Positions 8,876-17,314 of a stretch of DNA of 64,000 bases are shown piece by piece. The DNA is taken from contig DATFWX010000218.1 in NCBI GenBank assembly GCA_035258845.1, forward strand, positions 17,354 to 81,353, read 5' to 3'. The position numbers and the translations under genes were made by a program. The DNA is from Polyangia bacterium. Lineage in GTDB: Bacteria > Myxococcota_A > Polyangia > JAHFDS01 > DATFWX01. Position 1 is the first letter of the stretch. Every line of letters begins with the position of its first letter. The notes under the pieces are model-generated. The model was given only the letters and a program-made list of their open reading frames with translations. It was not told the origin of the DNA and searched no databases.

Positions 8876-9355
8876 GTGAAGACAGAAGACGTCGCAAGGG
8901 CATACAGGATGCACGGCTATCTGGTCTTGCGACGAGCGCGACGTGTGCTGGGCAACGAGAACGAGGCCGAGGACGTGCTCCAGGAGGTGTTTCTTTCCCT
9001 GCTCGACAAGCCGGCGCAATTCGAAGGTCGGAGCGCGCTGACCACCTGGCTGTATAGTGCGACGACGCACCTTTGCCTGAATCGACTGCGCAATCAACGC
9101 ACGCGGCGCGCGATCTTGGAGCGCGCCGCGCCCCCGTTAGCGTCCCACCCGGCGCCAGGGGCCGAGACCATGGTGGCGCTTCGATTGCTGCTCGCCCAGC
9201 TGCCCGACGCGGTCGCGCGTGTAGCTGTCTACTACTATTGCGACGAGATGACCCAGGACGAGATCGCACGCGTCATGGGCTGCTCGCGCCGCCACGTCGG
9301 CAACCTTCTCGAGCGGCTCAGCGCTGCTCATCAAGACGCGGGAGGATGCGTATGA
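8876..9355 (+). CDS. ECF (sigma-70 family group 4) RNA polymerase sigma factor
   Basis: Region 2 (DVLQEVFLSLL.. TWLYSATTHLCLNRLR) and region 4 HTH (EMTQDEIARVMGCSRRHVGNLLERL). The stop overlaps the start of the anti-sigma gene. Confidence 0.85.
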   Translation: MKTEDVARAYRMHGYLVLRRARRVLGNENEAEDVLQEVFLSLLDKPAQFEGRSALTTWLYSATTHLCLNRLRNQRTRRAILERAAPPLASHPAPGAETMVALRLLLAQLPDAVARVAVYYYCDEMTQDEIARVMGCSRRHVGNLLERLSAAHQDAGGCV

Positions 9356-10089
9356 GCCAGCCGTACCAGCGATCGCGCCCTCCCTCGTGCCCCTCCGATT
9401 TGCGTCTCGACCACTTCCTCCTCGGCGAGCTGGAGGAGCAGGAGACAGCCAGCCTCCGCGCTCATCTGGATAGCTGTTCACACTGCACCGCCCGCCTGGC
9501 CGCCATGGACTCGGAGCGCGAACAGTTTGGCAGACAGTTTGGCGCATGGGTGCCCAGCAAGCCGCGTGGAAGACGATTTCGATGGCGGTTGTGGCCGGTA
9601 TTGTCGCTCGCGGCGGCTGCTGCCGCGATCTTGCTGGTGGTCGAGCTGCGTCCCGAGCGCGGAGGCTTGCCCACCATCCGTGGAAAAGGGCAGAGTCGAC
9701 TGGAGTTCTATGTCCGCCACCAGGGAGTGGTCCGCAGAGGCTCGACGGGAGAAGCGGTGCTCGCAGGTGACGCACTCCGGTTTGCCTACTCCAGCGGCGC
9801 ACCCGGATACCTTGCCGTCATCAGCCTGGACGGCCGTGGACGCGCCACAGTCTACTATCCGCCCCAATCCACCATGATCCCGATCGCGGCCGGTGACGAC
9901 ATCCTCCTACCGGCGAGCACGATCTTGGACGACGCCCCCGGACCAGAGCAGATCTGGGGCGTGTTCTGCCGAGTACCGCTCGATCTCGAGCCGATCCGCG
10001 CTCGCGTGGAAAAAACACGAAGGGCGCCGACCCTGCCCGATGGCTGTCAAATCGACGCAACGTCGATCGAAAAGCGCACGTCGCGATGA
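9346..10089 (+). CDS. zinc-finger (ZAS-type) transmembrane anti-sigma factor
   Basis: N-terminal HLDSCSHC (HxxxCxxC) motif, then one TM helix (WPVLSLAAAAAAILLVV) and a periplasmic domain. Its start overlaps the sigma gene and its stop overlaps the next gene's ATG (ATGA). Confidence 0.7.
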   Translation: MRMSQPYQRSRPPSCPSDLRLDHFLLGELEEQETASLRAHLDSCSHCTARLAAMDSEREQFGRQFGAWVPSKPRGRRFRWRLWPVLSLAAAAAAILLVVELRPERGGLPTIRGKGQSRLEFYVRHQGVVRRGSTGEAVLAGDALRFAYSSGAPGYLAVISLDGRGRATVYYPPQSTMIPIAAGDDILLPASTILDDAPGPEQIWGVFCRVPLDLEPIRARVEKTRRAPTLPDGCQIDATSIEKRTSR

Positions 10090-11663
10090 GCCCTCACCGT
10101 CTTACGGTCACCCTACTCCCGGTCGCGGCCCTGGCTGTGTTCGAAGTGGCGGCGCAGGCGCGCGTGGAGCGCTACGCCGTACTGGTCGGCAACAATCACG
10201 GCACCGCGCAAGAGACGCCCCTTCGCTATGCCGAGGACGACGCGGTTCGCCTGAAGGATGTGCTCGAGCAGCTGGGGGGTTTTCCCGCAGAGAACCTGGT
10301 CCTTATCCGCAATGGAAGCGCCGACTCGCTCACGCGCGCTTTGATTGCGACCAATGATCGAATTCGCGCAACCACGAGCGGCGGCGGAAGAGCGGTCCTG
10401 TTCGTCTATTATTCGGGACATGCGGACGCTGAGGCGCTTCATCTGGGGGCGAGCCGCCTCGAGCTCAGGGAGCTCGAGCAGCTGGTTCGCGGCTCTGCGG
10501 CCGGCTTTCGCATCCTGGTGCTCGACGCTTGCCGTTCCGGCCGGCTCACCCACGTCAAGGGGGGAAAGCTGGCGCCACCTTTCGACGTCGAGCTCGAACG
10601 CACACTCGCCAGCGAGGGAACCGTTTTCCTGACCGCCAGCGCGGCAGGCGAGGACGCGCAGGAATCCGATGAGCTCGCCGCCTCGTTCTTTACCCACTAC
10701 TTCGTCTCGGGGCTGCTGGGTGCGGCGGATCAGGACGAAAATGGCGCGGTCACGCTCGACGAAGCGTACCGGTACGCCTACGAGAACACGCTCCGATCGA
10801 GCAGTCGAACGGCAGGGAACGTGCAGCACCCGACCTTCGAATACGACCTTCGGGGGCAAGGAACTGTCGTGGTGACCATGCCCGAGCGGGGACGGCCCGA
10901 CCGTGCAACCCTGTCGTTCCCGCCTGGACGGTTCTTTCTGGTCCTACAAGGCGATGCGGACGGGCGCGTGGTAGCTGAGCTGGGGGCGCGCGAGCGCACG
11001 CGGCGGCTCAGCGTTCGACCCGGCCGATACTTTCTTCGCAGCCGAGGTCCGACCAGCCTCCTCGAAGGAACCGTCACCGCGTCGGCAGGGCGGGAAACCC
11101 TCATCGATGAAAGCCGGCTGGTACGGGTCGAATACGGCCGGCTCGTCCGCAAGGGCGAGGGCATCCGCCGAGTGGCGCACGGACTCGAGGTCGGATACCA
11201 GGTAAGGACGCCACTCTACGAGGGAGCTTTTCTCTGCCAGGGCGGTTTCGTGGGCTACGTCCTCGAGCTCGCGGCCTTGAGCATCGAACCAAGGCTCGCG
11301 TTCTGTCGGGATACAATCGACGGCGTGAACATCGCAACCACCGCGTACGACGCTGATCTCGAGCTGCGGCTGACCCATGCTTGGGACATTGGGCGCTGGA
11401 CGCTGTCGCTGGGAGGCGGCGGCGGACTGGGCCTTCTGTATGAAACCTTCGTCATCCGGGGCAAGGCACCCGATCGGGCCAGTGCCGCCGCCCAGCTCGC
11501 GGGCGAAATTGGGGTTGGGCGTGATCTGGCGCGCCACCTTTACTGGCAATGCCGTGCTGAGGGGCTGCTGTTCCTCTTTGATCGCCAGGATGCCGAGGGC
11601 CGCGTCACGTTTGGATCTGCTCTTGCGGTCCGCGGCAGCCTGGGCCTGGGATGGCATTTTTGA
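10086..11663 (+). CDS. secreted caspase-domain (peptidase C14) protein with C-terminal beta-barrel-like domain
   Basis: Signal peptide. Caspase His/Cys dyad context (VLFVYYSGHADAEAL ... FRILVLDACRSGRL). The C-terminal ~270 aa show alternating hydrophobic beta-strand patterns and end ...SLGLGWHF, an aromatic-terminal outer-membrane beta-barrel signature. Confidence 0.65.
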   Translation: MSPHRLTVTLLPVAALAVFEVAAQARVERYAVLVGNNHGTAQETPLRYAEDDAVRLKDVLEQLGGFPAENLVLIRNGSADSLTRALIATNDRIRATTSGGGRAVLFVYYSGHADAEALHLGASRLELRELEQLVRGSAAGFRILVLDACRSGRLTHVKGGKLAPPFDVELERTLASEGTVFLTASAAGEDAQESDELAASFFTHYFVSGLLGAADQDENGAVTLDEAYRYAYENTLRSSSRTAGNVQHPTFEYDLRGQGTVVVTMPERGRPDRATLSFPPGRFFLVLQGDADGRVVAELGARERTRRLSVRPGRYFLRSRGPTSLLEGTVTASAGRETLIDESRLVRVEYGRLVRKGEGIRRVAHGLEVGYQVRTPLYEGAFLCQGGFVGYVLELAALSIEPRLAFCRDTIDGVNIATTAYDADLELRLTHAWDIGRWTLSLGGGGGLGLLYETFVIRGKAPDRASAAAQLAGEIGVGRDLARHLYWQCRAEGLLFLFDRQDAEGRVTFGSALAVRGSLGLGWHF

Positions 11664-11722
11664 TCTCCATGCCCAAAGGGAGGGATGGCGGTCCAAAGAG
11701 AAAAACGTTTCGGGAGGACGCC

Positions 11723-12748
11723 ATGCACGTTCGATGGAAGACGGTCCCGGTCATGCTCCTTTGTGGAGGCATCGCATGCGACGCGCAGACCGATCGGAGC
11801 TACCGGGGAGAAGTGTTGGCCACCATCCACGGCCGGATCACGAAAGCAGACGTGCCGACGCCGCCCGAGGTACGCGTCGCCCTGGCTTGGTATCAGCCTC
11901 AGGCGAGCTCATCGCAATGGCACCTGGTCACGCAAGATCAGGGGGTGCGCGCCCAGTTTCCAGCCAGTTTCACCTTGGACGTGACAGTTCTGCCGCCGGA
12001 GTCTGCATTCACTCATCCGAGCATGCATACCATCCAGACTTTCAATCTCGATCCCAACACCCGCTGGGCTTCTGGATTCCTGGTTGTCTACGAAGATGGG
12101 AACGGCAACCAGAGCCTGGATATCGTCTCGTCTGCCGACCAGACTTCACCCGATCGAATCCTCGCCGTGCCGTTCGATTACAACATCGAATATCTGGAAG
12201 GCACGCCATTCCCCAATACTGGGCTTGGAAAATACTTTCCCCACAGCGTGGGCTTCCAGCTGGTCAGACTGGCGCCCAACCAGGATCAACGCCCCGAGGA
12301 CTGCGAAGACCCGGTCGGTACCCACTATTACACCGCCTGCGATCCTGTGCCGGTTGGACCTCAAGAAGATTTGGCCGCGTCGACCGAGATCCCGATCGAG
12401 CTGACCGGATCGCCTGAACTGCAACATTACGCTTGCGACAGGTACTTCGGTGCAGGGGAGTGGGCGGATTGGTTTGTCTACGAGACCAAGAACAACATTC
12501 GGGATGGGTCCGAGCTCTGCGATCGGCCCGACTGCCCGTTTTGTGACAATCTCTTGGATGACAGTATGAGGTGTCCGATCGATCTTCCCCCGTCTGGCGC
12601 TCCGGTGACGTGCAGCCAGGATCGGCGAGCCTACGTCTACAAAACCTGCCAAATGGATGCTTCGCTGTGTGGAACCACAGTCTGCCATTTTGGTCACTGG
12701 GGCCTTGCTTCTACCGATCCGATTCCGGCGGGATGGCCTTGCCTCTGA
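11723..12748 (+). CDS. Cys-rich secreted lipoprotein (hypothetical)
   Basis: MHVRWKTVPVMLLCGGIAC signal/lipobox. About 14 Cys concentrated in the C-terminal half (CDRPDCPFCDN, CQMDASLCGTTVCHF). Third codon positions are noticeably less G/C-rich than in neighbouring genes. Confidence 0.5.
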   Translation: MHVRWKTVPVMLLCGGIACDAQTDRSYRGEVLATIHGRITKADVPTPPEVRVALAWYQPQASSSQWHLVTQDQGVRAQFPASFTLDVTVLPPESAFTHPSMHTIQTFNLDPNTRWASGFLVVYEDGNGNQSLDIVSSADQTSPDRILAVPFDYNIEYLEGTPFPNTGLGKYFPHSVGFQLVRLAPNQDQRPEDCEDPVGTHYYTACDPVPVGPQEDLAASTEIPIELTGSPELQHYACDRYFGAGEWADWFVYETKNNIRDGSELCDRPDCPFCDNLLDDSMRCPIDLPPSGAPVTCSQDRRAYVYKTCQMDASLCGTTVCHFGHWGLASTDPIPAGWPCL

Positions 12749-13070
12749 GGGGAACCGCCGAGCAGGAGGAGTAGCGCGAGCTGGATGAGGGAAATCTCAC
12801 TCCGCCAGCCCTCGACGAGCGATACGCAGAAATGCCCGGCCCGGGGATACCCACAGCGCGCCCGCGTCGATCCGCCCGGAAGCTCGCGGATCTCTGCCCC
12901 GGGGGCCTGCGCCCGAATCGGAGGCTCATCGCCGCGACTCGCAGCCGGGATCCCCATCAGGAGAGCCCAAGCCGACGAGCGCCGCTCAAGTCACGCGTCA
13001 GAACCTTCCCGAAACCGCGAGGCCGGTCAGCCCCTGGCGGCCATGGCTGCCCGGAAGCGCCCGCCCGGGC

Positions 13071-13310
13071 TCAGCCGATCCCCCAGCCGCCGTTCCCGTT
13101 TTCGTCCGGTACGACGTCAGTCGGGTCGAAATTGAACCACGGCCCATCGATAGGCAAATTCTCAGGCCACCACTCGCCATTTAGGTTTCTGTAGCCCCAG
13201 TCGCCGTCGATTTCGACGCCGCCGCCGTAAGGGTACAGGTCTGCACCCCCGCGTACGTTTTGGAGCTCCGAGACCGAAAGCTCTTGTTGCGTCCACGTCG
13301 TTTCTTTCAT
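13071..13310 (-). CDS. double-glycine-leader, Gly/Trp-rich bacteriocin-like peptide precursor
   Basis: MKETTWTQQELSVSELQNVRGG matches the LSxxELxxVxGG leader consensus, with GG immediately before a 57-aa Gly/Trp/Asp-rich core (GGGVEIDGDWGYRNLNGEWW..GNGGWGIG). Strong RBS GGAGGGAG 7 nt upstream of the ATG. Confidence 0.6.
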   Translation of the reverse strand: MKETTWTQQELSVSELQNVRGGADLYPYGGGVEIDGDWGYRNLNGEWWPENLPIDGPWFNFDPTDVVPDENGNGGWGIG

Positions 13311-13336
13311 GGTTGCTCCCTCCTTCGGCAGACGGG

Positions 13337-13352
13337 AGCAACGCGCGTGCCG
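13337..13352 (-). promoter_or_regulatory. sigma-54-type -24/-12 element (cGGCACGcgcgTTGCt) upstream of the Gly/Trp peptide gene
   Basis: In gene orientation, ccGGCACGCGCGTTGCTccc lies about 25 nt upstream of the ATG. GG-N10-GC spacing fits the sigma-54 consensus. Confidence 0.45.
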
Positions 13353-13633
13353 GCGCGCAATGAGGCCGAGTCGCGTGACTCGCCACGTCTCAGACAGGGA
13401 CCGACCACTCCACCCGCTGCGGTTTCGACACCGCACCTTCACAGGGGGGGTCGCGATGTCGACAGATGTTGACACTTTGCGCGCGCTTGCACGCCCGCCA
13501 AAGCGGATGCCTGCACAAAGAATCCCGAGCCACCATGAGACGCGTTTCTGGCCACCCGAGTAGCCGGCCAGCCCCCCCTGAGCGTAGCATAAGCTATTGA
13601 TTCGTACGGTTACCTCGTGGCCTCGGAATTGCT

Positions 13634-14803
13634 TTGCCTCACGCCGTGGGACGTTGTTACCTCATCCTGGTTGCGATCGCGATTCTCGCGACCGGAGCAC
13701 ACGCACAAACGCGGGGCGCCCGCGCTCGTGCGCCCAAAAAGACTCTCGAGCAGCGCGATTCGGAAGTCCTGCGCCGCGGCCTGCGCCTGCAGTACCGCGA
13801 CCACACGCGCGCCGTGGGAGTGCAGGCACAGCAGGTCAGCGCGCTGGAGCCGCACTATAAGGAGCTCGGCAGCTGGCACGGCCCGGCCGACGAGCAGGCG
13901 GTCATGGACGCGGTGAACCGGGTGCTGGCCAAGCTGCCCGCTTCTGTGACCAACGGCGCGCGTCTCCAGCCGGAGCGCGATCGACGGTCCTTCTTTGACG
14001 ACGGCCCGTCCACGCAAGCACGGACATGGTACACAGTCGTCAAGGGGGTTCTGGAAAACCTGCAGCAGCAACATCCGGACGTCATGCGCTCGCGTAGTGC
14101 GATCGCCGCGGTCGAAACCGAGCTGCACAAGCGCTTGGACAAGAAATTCCTGGAAGGCCGAGCGGCGTGGAAACAGCGGCTCCAGGAGGCGTCGCCCCAG
14201 GAGTTGTACGCGCAAGCGGTGGGGCTGATCCACCTTCTCGATGACTGGACAGCACGCAGCATCCGCAAAGAGCCGGTCGCGAGCGGATCCTTTTCATCTT
14301 CGGCCAGCGCGGGCACGCACGGGCTATTCAGTGGCAGCACCTTTTCGAGCTCCTCGTCCGGCGGCTTCAAGAGCAGTCAGCTCGTGATCGGGGCCGCAAC
14401 GTACGAGGTGGCGATTCGAGCCTTGCCGCCTCATGACATGGAGCGAGGGCCCAGCAACGTCGGGGAGTTCACCCCAATCGAAGCGCGCATGATTGCCGAG
14501 ATCGCACTCGAGGTCAGCGAGATCGGCCATGCGCTCCGGCGTTCTCCGGAGGTCGCTGCGACGCTCAACAATTGGGTGGAGAACTCGACGGTCCGTTTCG
14601 TACACTATGAGCCAGAGAATAGCTGGGACCTGAACAAGGGAGGCCCCAGCGTCCGGCTGAAACCGGTCACCACCGAGCTCCAGGTCATTCAGGCCGCGAG
14701 GGATTTCGAGAAGCTCGTCCCGCTCGGCATCATGTCAAAGGCGGTATCGAATCGGCTCCAGGGCGAGATCAAGCGTCGCGTCCGCGATCGCCTGGCCCAG
14801 TAG
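13634..14803 (+). CDS. secreted hypothetical protein
   Basis: N-terminal signal peptide (LILVAIAILATGAHA). Good GC3 bias in this frame. The antisense ORF 13610..14233 was rejected. No recognisable catalytic motif. Confidence 0.5.
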   Translation: MPHAVGRCYLILVAIAILATGAHAQTRGARARAPKKTLEQRDSEVLRRGLRLQYRDHTRAVGVQAQQVSALEPHYKELGSWHGPADEQAVMDAVNRVLAKLPASVTNGARLQPERDRRSFFDDGPSTQARTWYTVVKGVLENLQQQHPDVMRSRSAIAAVETELHKRLDKKFLEGRAAWKQRLQEASPQELYAQAVGLIHLLDDWTARSIRKEPVASGSFSSSASAGTHGLFSGSTFSSSSSGGFKSSQLVIGAATYEVAIRALPPHDMERGPSNVGEFTPIEARMIAEIALEVSEIGHALRRSPEVAATLNNWVENSTVRFVHYEPENSWDLNKGGPSVRLKPVTTELQVIQAARDFEKLVPLGIMSKAVSNRLQGEIKRRVRDRLAQ

Positions 14804-15087
14804 GCTTCCGCTTCCGCTTCCGGTTTCGGTTTGTCCACGAAATGGCCTGCCCCGCAACCGGTTCCTGCTGCAACACCACGAGTTGCGGTAGGCTCTAGCA
14901 AGCGTGTTCGCGCCACACGAAACCACCAGGGACCCCCAACCTTCCCGTTTCGCGGCCGCGTAGCCAGTCGGCGACATGAAGGCACGCTTCTTGCTGTTCT
15001 GCCCCCCAACATGTCTGGCCCCGCACAGCGGCGCCGCTCATCGACGGTCATGCCGCCGCAAAGTACAGGTGCAATCGGCATTTCCCC

Positions 15088-15756
15088 ATGATGAGCGCCC
15101 CCCTTCGTGAAGCACGGCTGGCCGGCCACTCCGGTCGCCGGCCCGGACGCGCGCGCTTGGCCGTCGCGGCAGGGCTCGTCGCGCTGCTCGCGTCTGCCTC
15201 GGCGTCCGCCGGCCAGGTCCGGGTGGTGCACAGCATTTCCGGGCGTGTACGAGTTCACTCGTCGAGCGTCTACGGCTCCCCCGATGAGGCCAACCGGATC
15301 CAGCGAAGCCTCGAACGTCTCAACGGTGTCGAGTCCGTCGAGACCAATGCGCTGACGGGCAGCGTGCTGGTTCGATACCGGCCTCAGGAGGTCACCGAGA
15401 CGCGCATCGTGCGTGCGCTCCGCGGCAGTCGGGCCCCATCCAAATCGGCCGCGCCACCGCAGGATCAACCCACCCAGCCCGACGGCCTCCCGACCAAGGT
15501 GGCTCACGCTGCCGTTCGAGCGGTCGCTCGCGAGACCGCCGAGCGGATGGCGATGAAAACGGGGGCAAAGGCTTTGGAGCGAATCATCGGTGAGGAAGCA
15601 GCCGAAGCCATCATTCCAGGGGTTGGTGTGGCGCTGACGGCCTTGGATCTCGTCTCGAGCGTGCGCAGCACTTCGCAAGCGAAGGCGGATCCGGTGCCGC
15701 CGTGGCTCAACTTGGGGGTCAAGCTCCTCGCGACCGCGCTCGTAGCGGCGTTCTGA
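15088..15756 (+). CDS. secreted hypothetical protein with HMA-like (ferredoxin-fold) domain lacking CxxC
   Basis: Signal peptide. The segment VHSISGRVRVHSSSVYGSPDEANRIQRSLERLNGVESVETNALTGSVLVRY follows the beta-alpha-beta-beta-alpha-beta pattern of heavy-metal-associated domains but has no metal-binding cysteines. Confidence 0.4.
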   Translation: MMSAPLREARLAGHSGRRPGRARLAVAAGLVALLASASASAGQVRVVHSISGRVRVHSSSVYGSPDEANRIQRSLERLNGVESVETNALTGSVLVRYRPQEVTETRIVRALRGSRAPSKSAAPPQDQPTQPDGLPTKVAHAAVRAVARETAERMAMKTGAKALERIIGEEAAEAIIPGVGVALTALDLVSSVRSTSQAKADPVPPWLNLGVKLLATALVAAF

Positions 15757-15824
15757 GTCGATGATAGGTCAAAGCTTCCCTGCAGCGACGCTCATCGTGA
15801 TGACGGACGCGGTCGTGGCCGCCA

Positions 15825-16079
15825 TCAGCCAACCATGTGAACGAGCCATCGCTTGAATTGAGGCCAGAGATTCAATCGCCCCACAACGCAAATGTCGCCG
15901 ACACGCAGGTCCTTTCCCTGCTCAAGTCGGTCTATCCCGTCTACGAGAGATTCATTCCACATGACCAGTATCGGAAATTCGTCGTTCTCGCGCAGGTTTC
16001 GAACAACTATCACATGGGTTGCGTCTTTCTCCCTGGCCTCTTGAAGCCAGCGCCGGATATCGGCGGCAGTCGCGAGCAT
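15825..16079 (-). CDS. small hypothetical protein in a lower-GC patch
   Basis: 84-aa ORF (..KDATHVIVVRNLRENDEFPILVMWNESLVDGIDRL..) in a ~300-bp stretch clearly lower in GC than its surroundings. The coding call is tentative. Confidence 0.3.
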   Translation of the reverse strand: MLATAADIRRWLQEAREKDATHVIVVRNLRENDEFPILVMWNESLVDGIDRLEQGKDLRVGDICVVGRLNLWPQFKRWLVHMVG

Positions 16080-16104
16080 TTCGGAACGCTATTTGAAATC
16101 AGCC

Positions 16105-17205
16105 CTAGCTCCGGATCCCGATGGGCGGGCAGCCGAAGATGGCGTGCACGTCGGTGATGCTGCCGCTCTGCAGCATGTTGCACCAGGACCCGTAGAACGT
16201 GATGGACATGTTGCCGGCACCAAAGTCCCAGCCATTCATGTGCGTCGTGTCGCGCGGCACAATCGTTCCGTTGGCCGTGACGCGAACCATGTTGGGATCG
16301 GGCGGCTGCATGGTCAGTTGGAACGTGCACGACACGACCTGACCCGTGATCGCGTTGATCGCATTCACGAAGTCGGACTGGTTGTTGACCGAGTAGTAGT
16401 AGGGCGGACCGCCCGCGCGCGCCTCACCGCCGTTTTGCGCCATCTGATTGAGCACGCCGTCGGCCATGCTGCCGGCCGAGATTCCGATGACGAAGGTACG
16501 GATGCCCATGTTGGCGGCATCGGTGACCGCCTGCTCGGCCCCTGCGTTGTCGTTGACCCCGAAGGAGCAGTTGGGCTCTCCGTCGGTCGACAGGACGATG
16601 TATCTGGGATTGCTGTCGGCAAGGCCCAGCAGGTACGAGGTGGCGTCGCGCACCGCGTGCTGCGTAGGCGTGGCCCCTCCAGGCGAAGTGCCCGCAATCG
16701 CCGACTGCACCGCACCCGCGTTGTTCGGGCCCACCGGCACGCTGGGCGTCGACGAGGTCCCGCACAGGATGTCGCTCGGGAAGAACACGAGCCCCCATCG
16801 AATCTGCGCCTGCGACATCACGACCGACATGCTGAGCGCGGTTGTGATCTGCTGCCACTTGGAAGCCCCGCCGCCCGACGGCGGATCATTCATCGATCCC
16901 GATTTGTCCTGCACGATGAGCAGGTCGGGCGGCAGCCGCTGTAGCGTGAAGTCCTGCATGCCGCAGCTCATGGCGTCGGGCGAGTTGTCGATGCCGCCGC
17001 CGCCGCCCGAGCCCCCGCTTCCGCCGAAACCTCCGGAGCCGCCGGCTCCACCGCCGCTGCCTGCGGTGCCGCCGCCGCCACCTCGGCCGCCGCTCCCGCC
17101 GCCGCTCGCGCCCCCGCTCCCGCTCCCGGTTCCGGTCGGTCCGCAGCCCAAACCCAAAAGTGCGATGCTTGCGCTGATCAGAAAGCTCACTGTCGCGCGG
17201 CGCAT
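16105..17205 (-). CDS. VWA-domain lipoprotein with Gly/Ser-rich linker
   Basis: Lipobox LLGLGC. Long GGSGG linker. MIDAS-type motif LLIVQDKSGSM. RBS GGAGGTG upstream of the ATG at 17203-17205. Confidence 0.65.
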   Translation of the reverse strand: MRRATVSFLISASIALLGLGCGPTGTGSGSGGASGGGSGGRGGGGGTAGSGGGAGGSGGFGGSGGSGGGGGIDNSPDAMSCGMQDFTLQRLPPDLLIVQDKSGSMNDPPSGGGASKWQQITTALSMSVVMSQAQIRWGLVFFPSDILCGTSSTPSVPVGPNNAGAVQSAIAGTSPGGATPTQHAVRDATSYLLGLADSNPRYIVLSTDGEPNCSFGVNDNAGAEQAVTDAANMGIRTFVIGISAGSMADGVLNQMAQNGGEARAGGPPYYYSVNNQSDFVNAINAITGQVVSCTFQLTMQPPDPNMVRVTANGTIVPRDTTHMNGWDFGAGNMSITFYGSWCNMLQSGSITDVHAIFGCPPIGIRS

Positions 17206-17314
17206 GGTCACCTCCTGCGCTGCCTGACCCCAGCGCGCATCATACGCGTCGACGCCGGGGTTGCAAAGCATCGTCCGACGGAAATGTGCTGATTCCGCGC
17301 TCGGACGACTCTGA

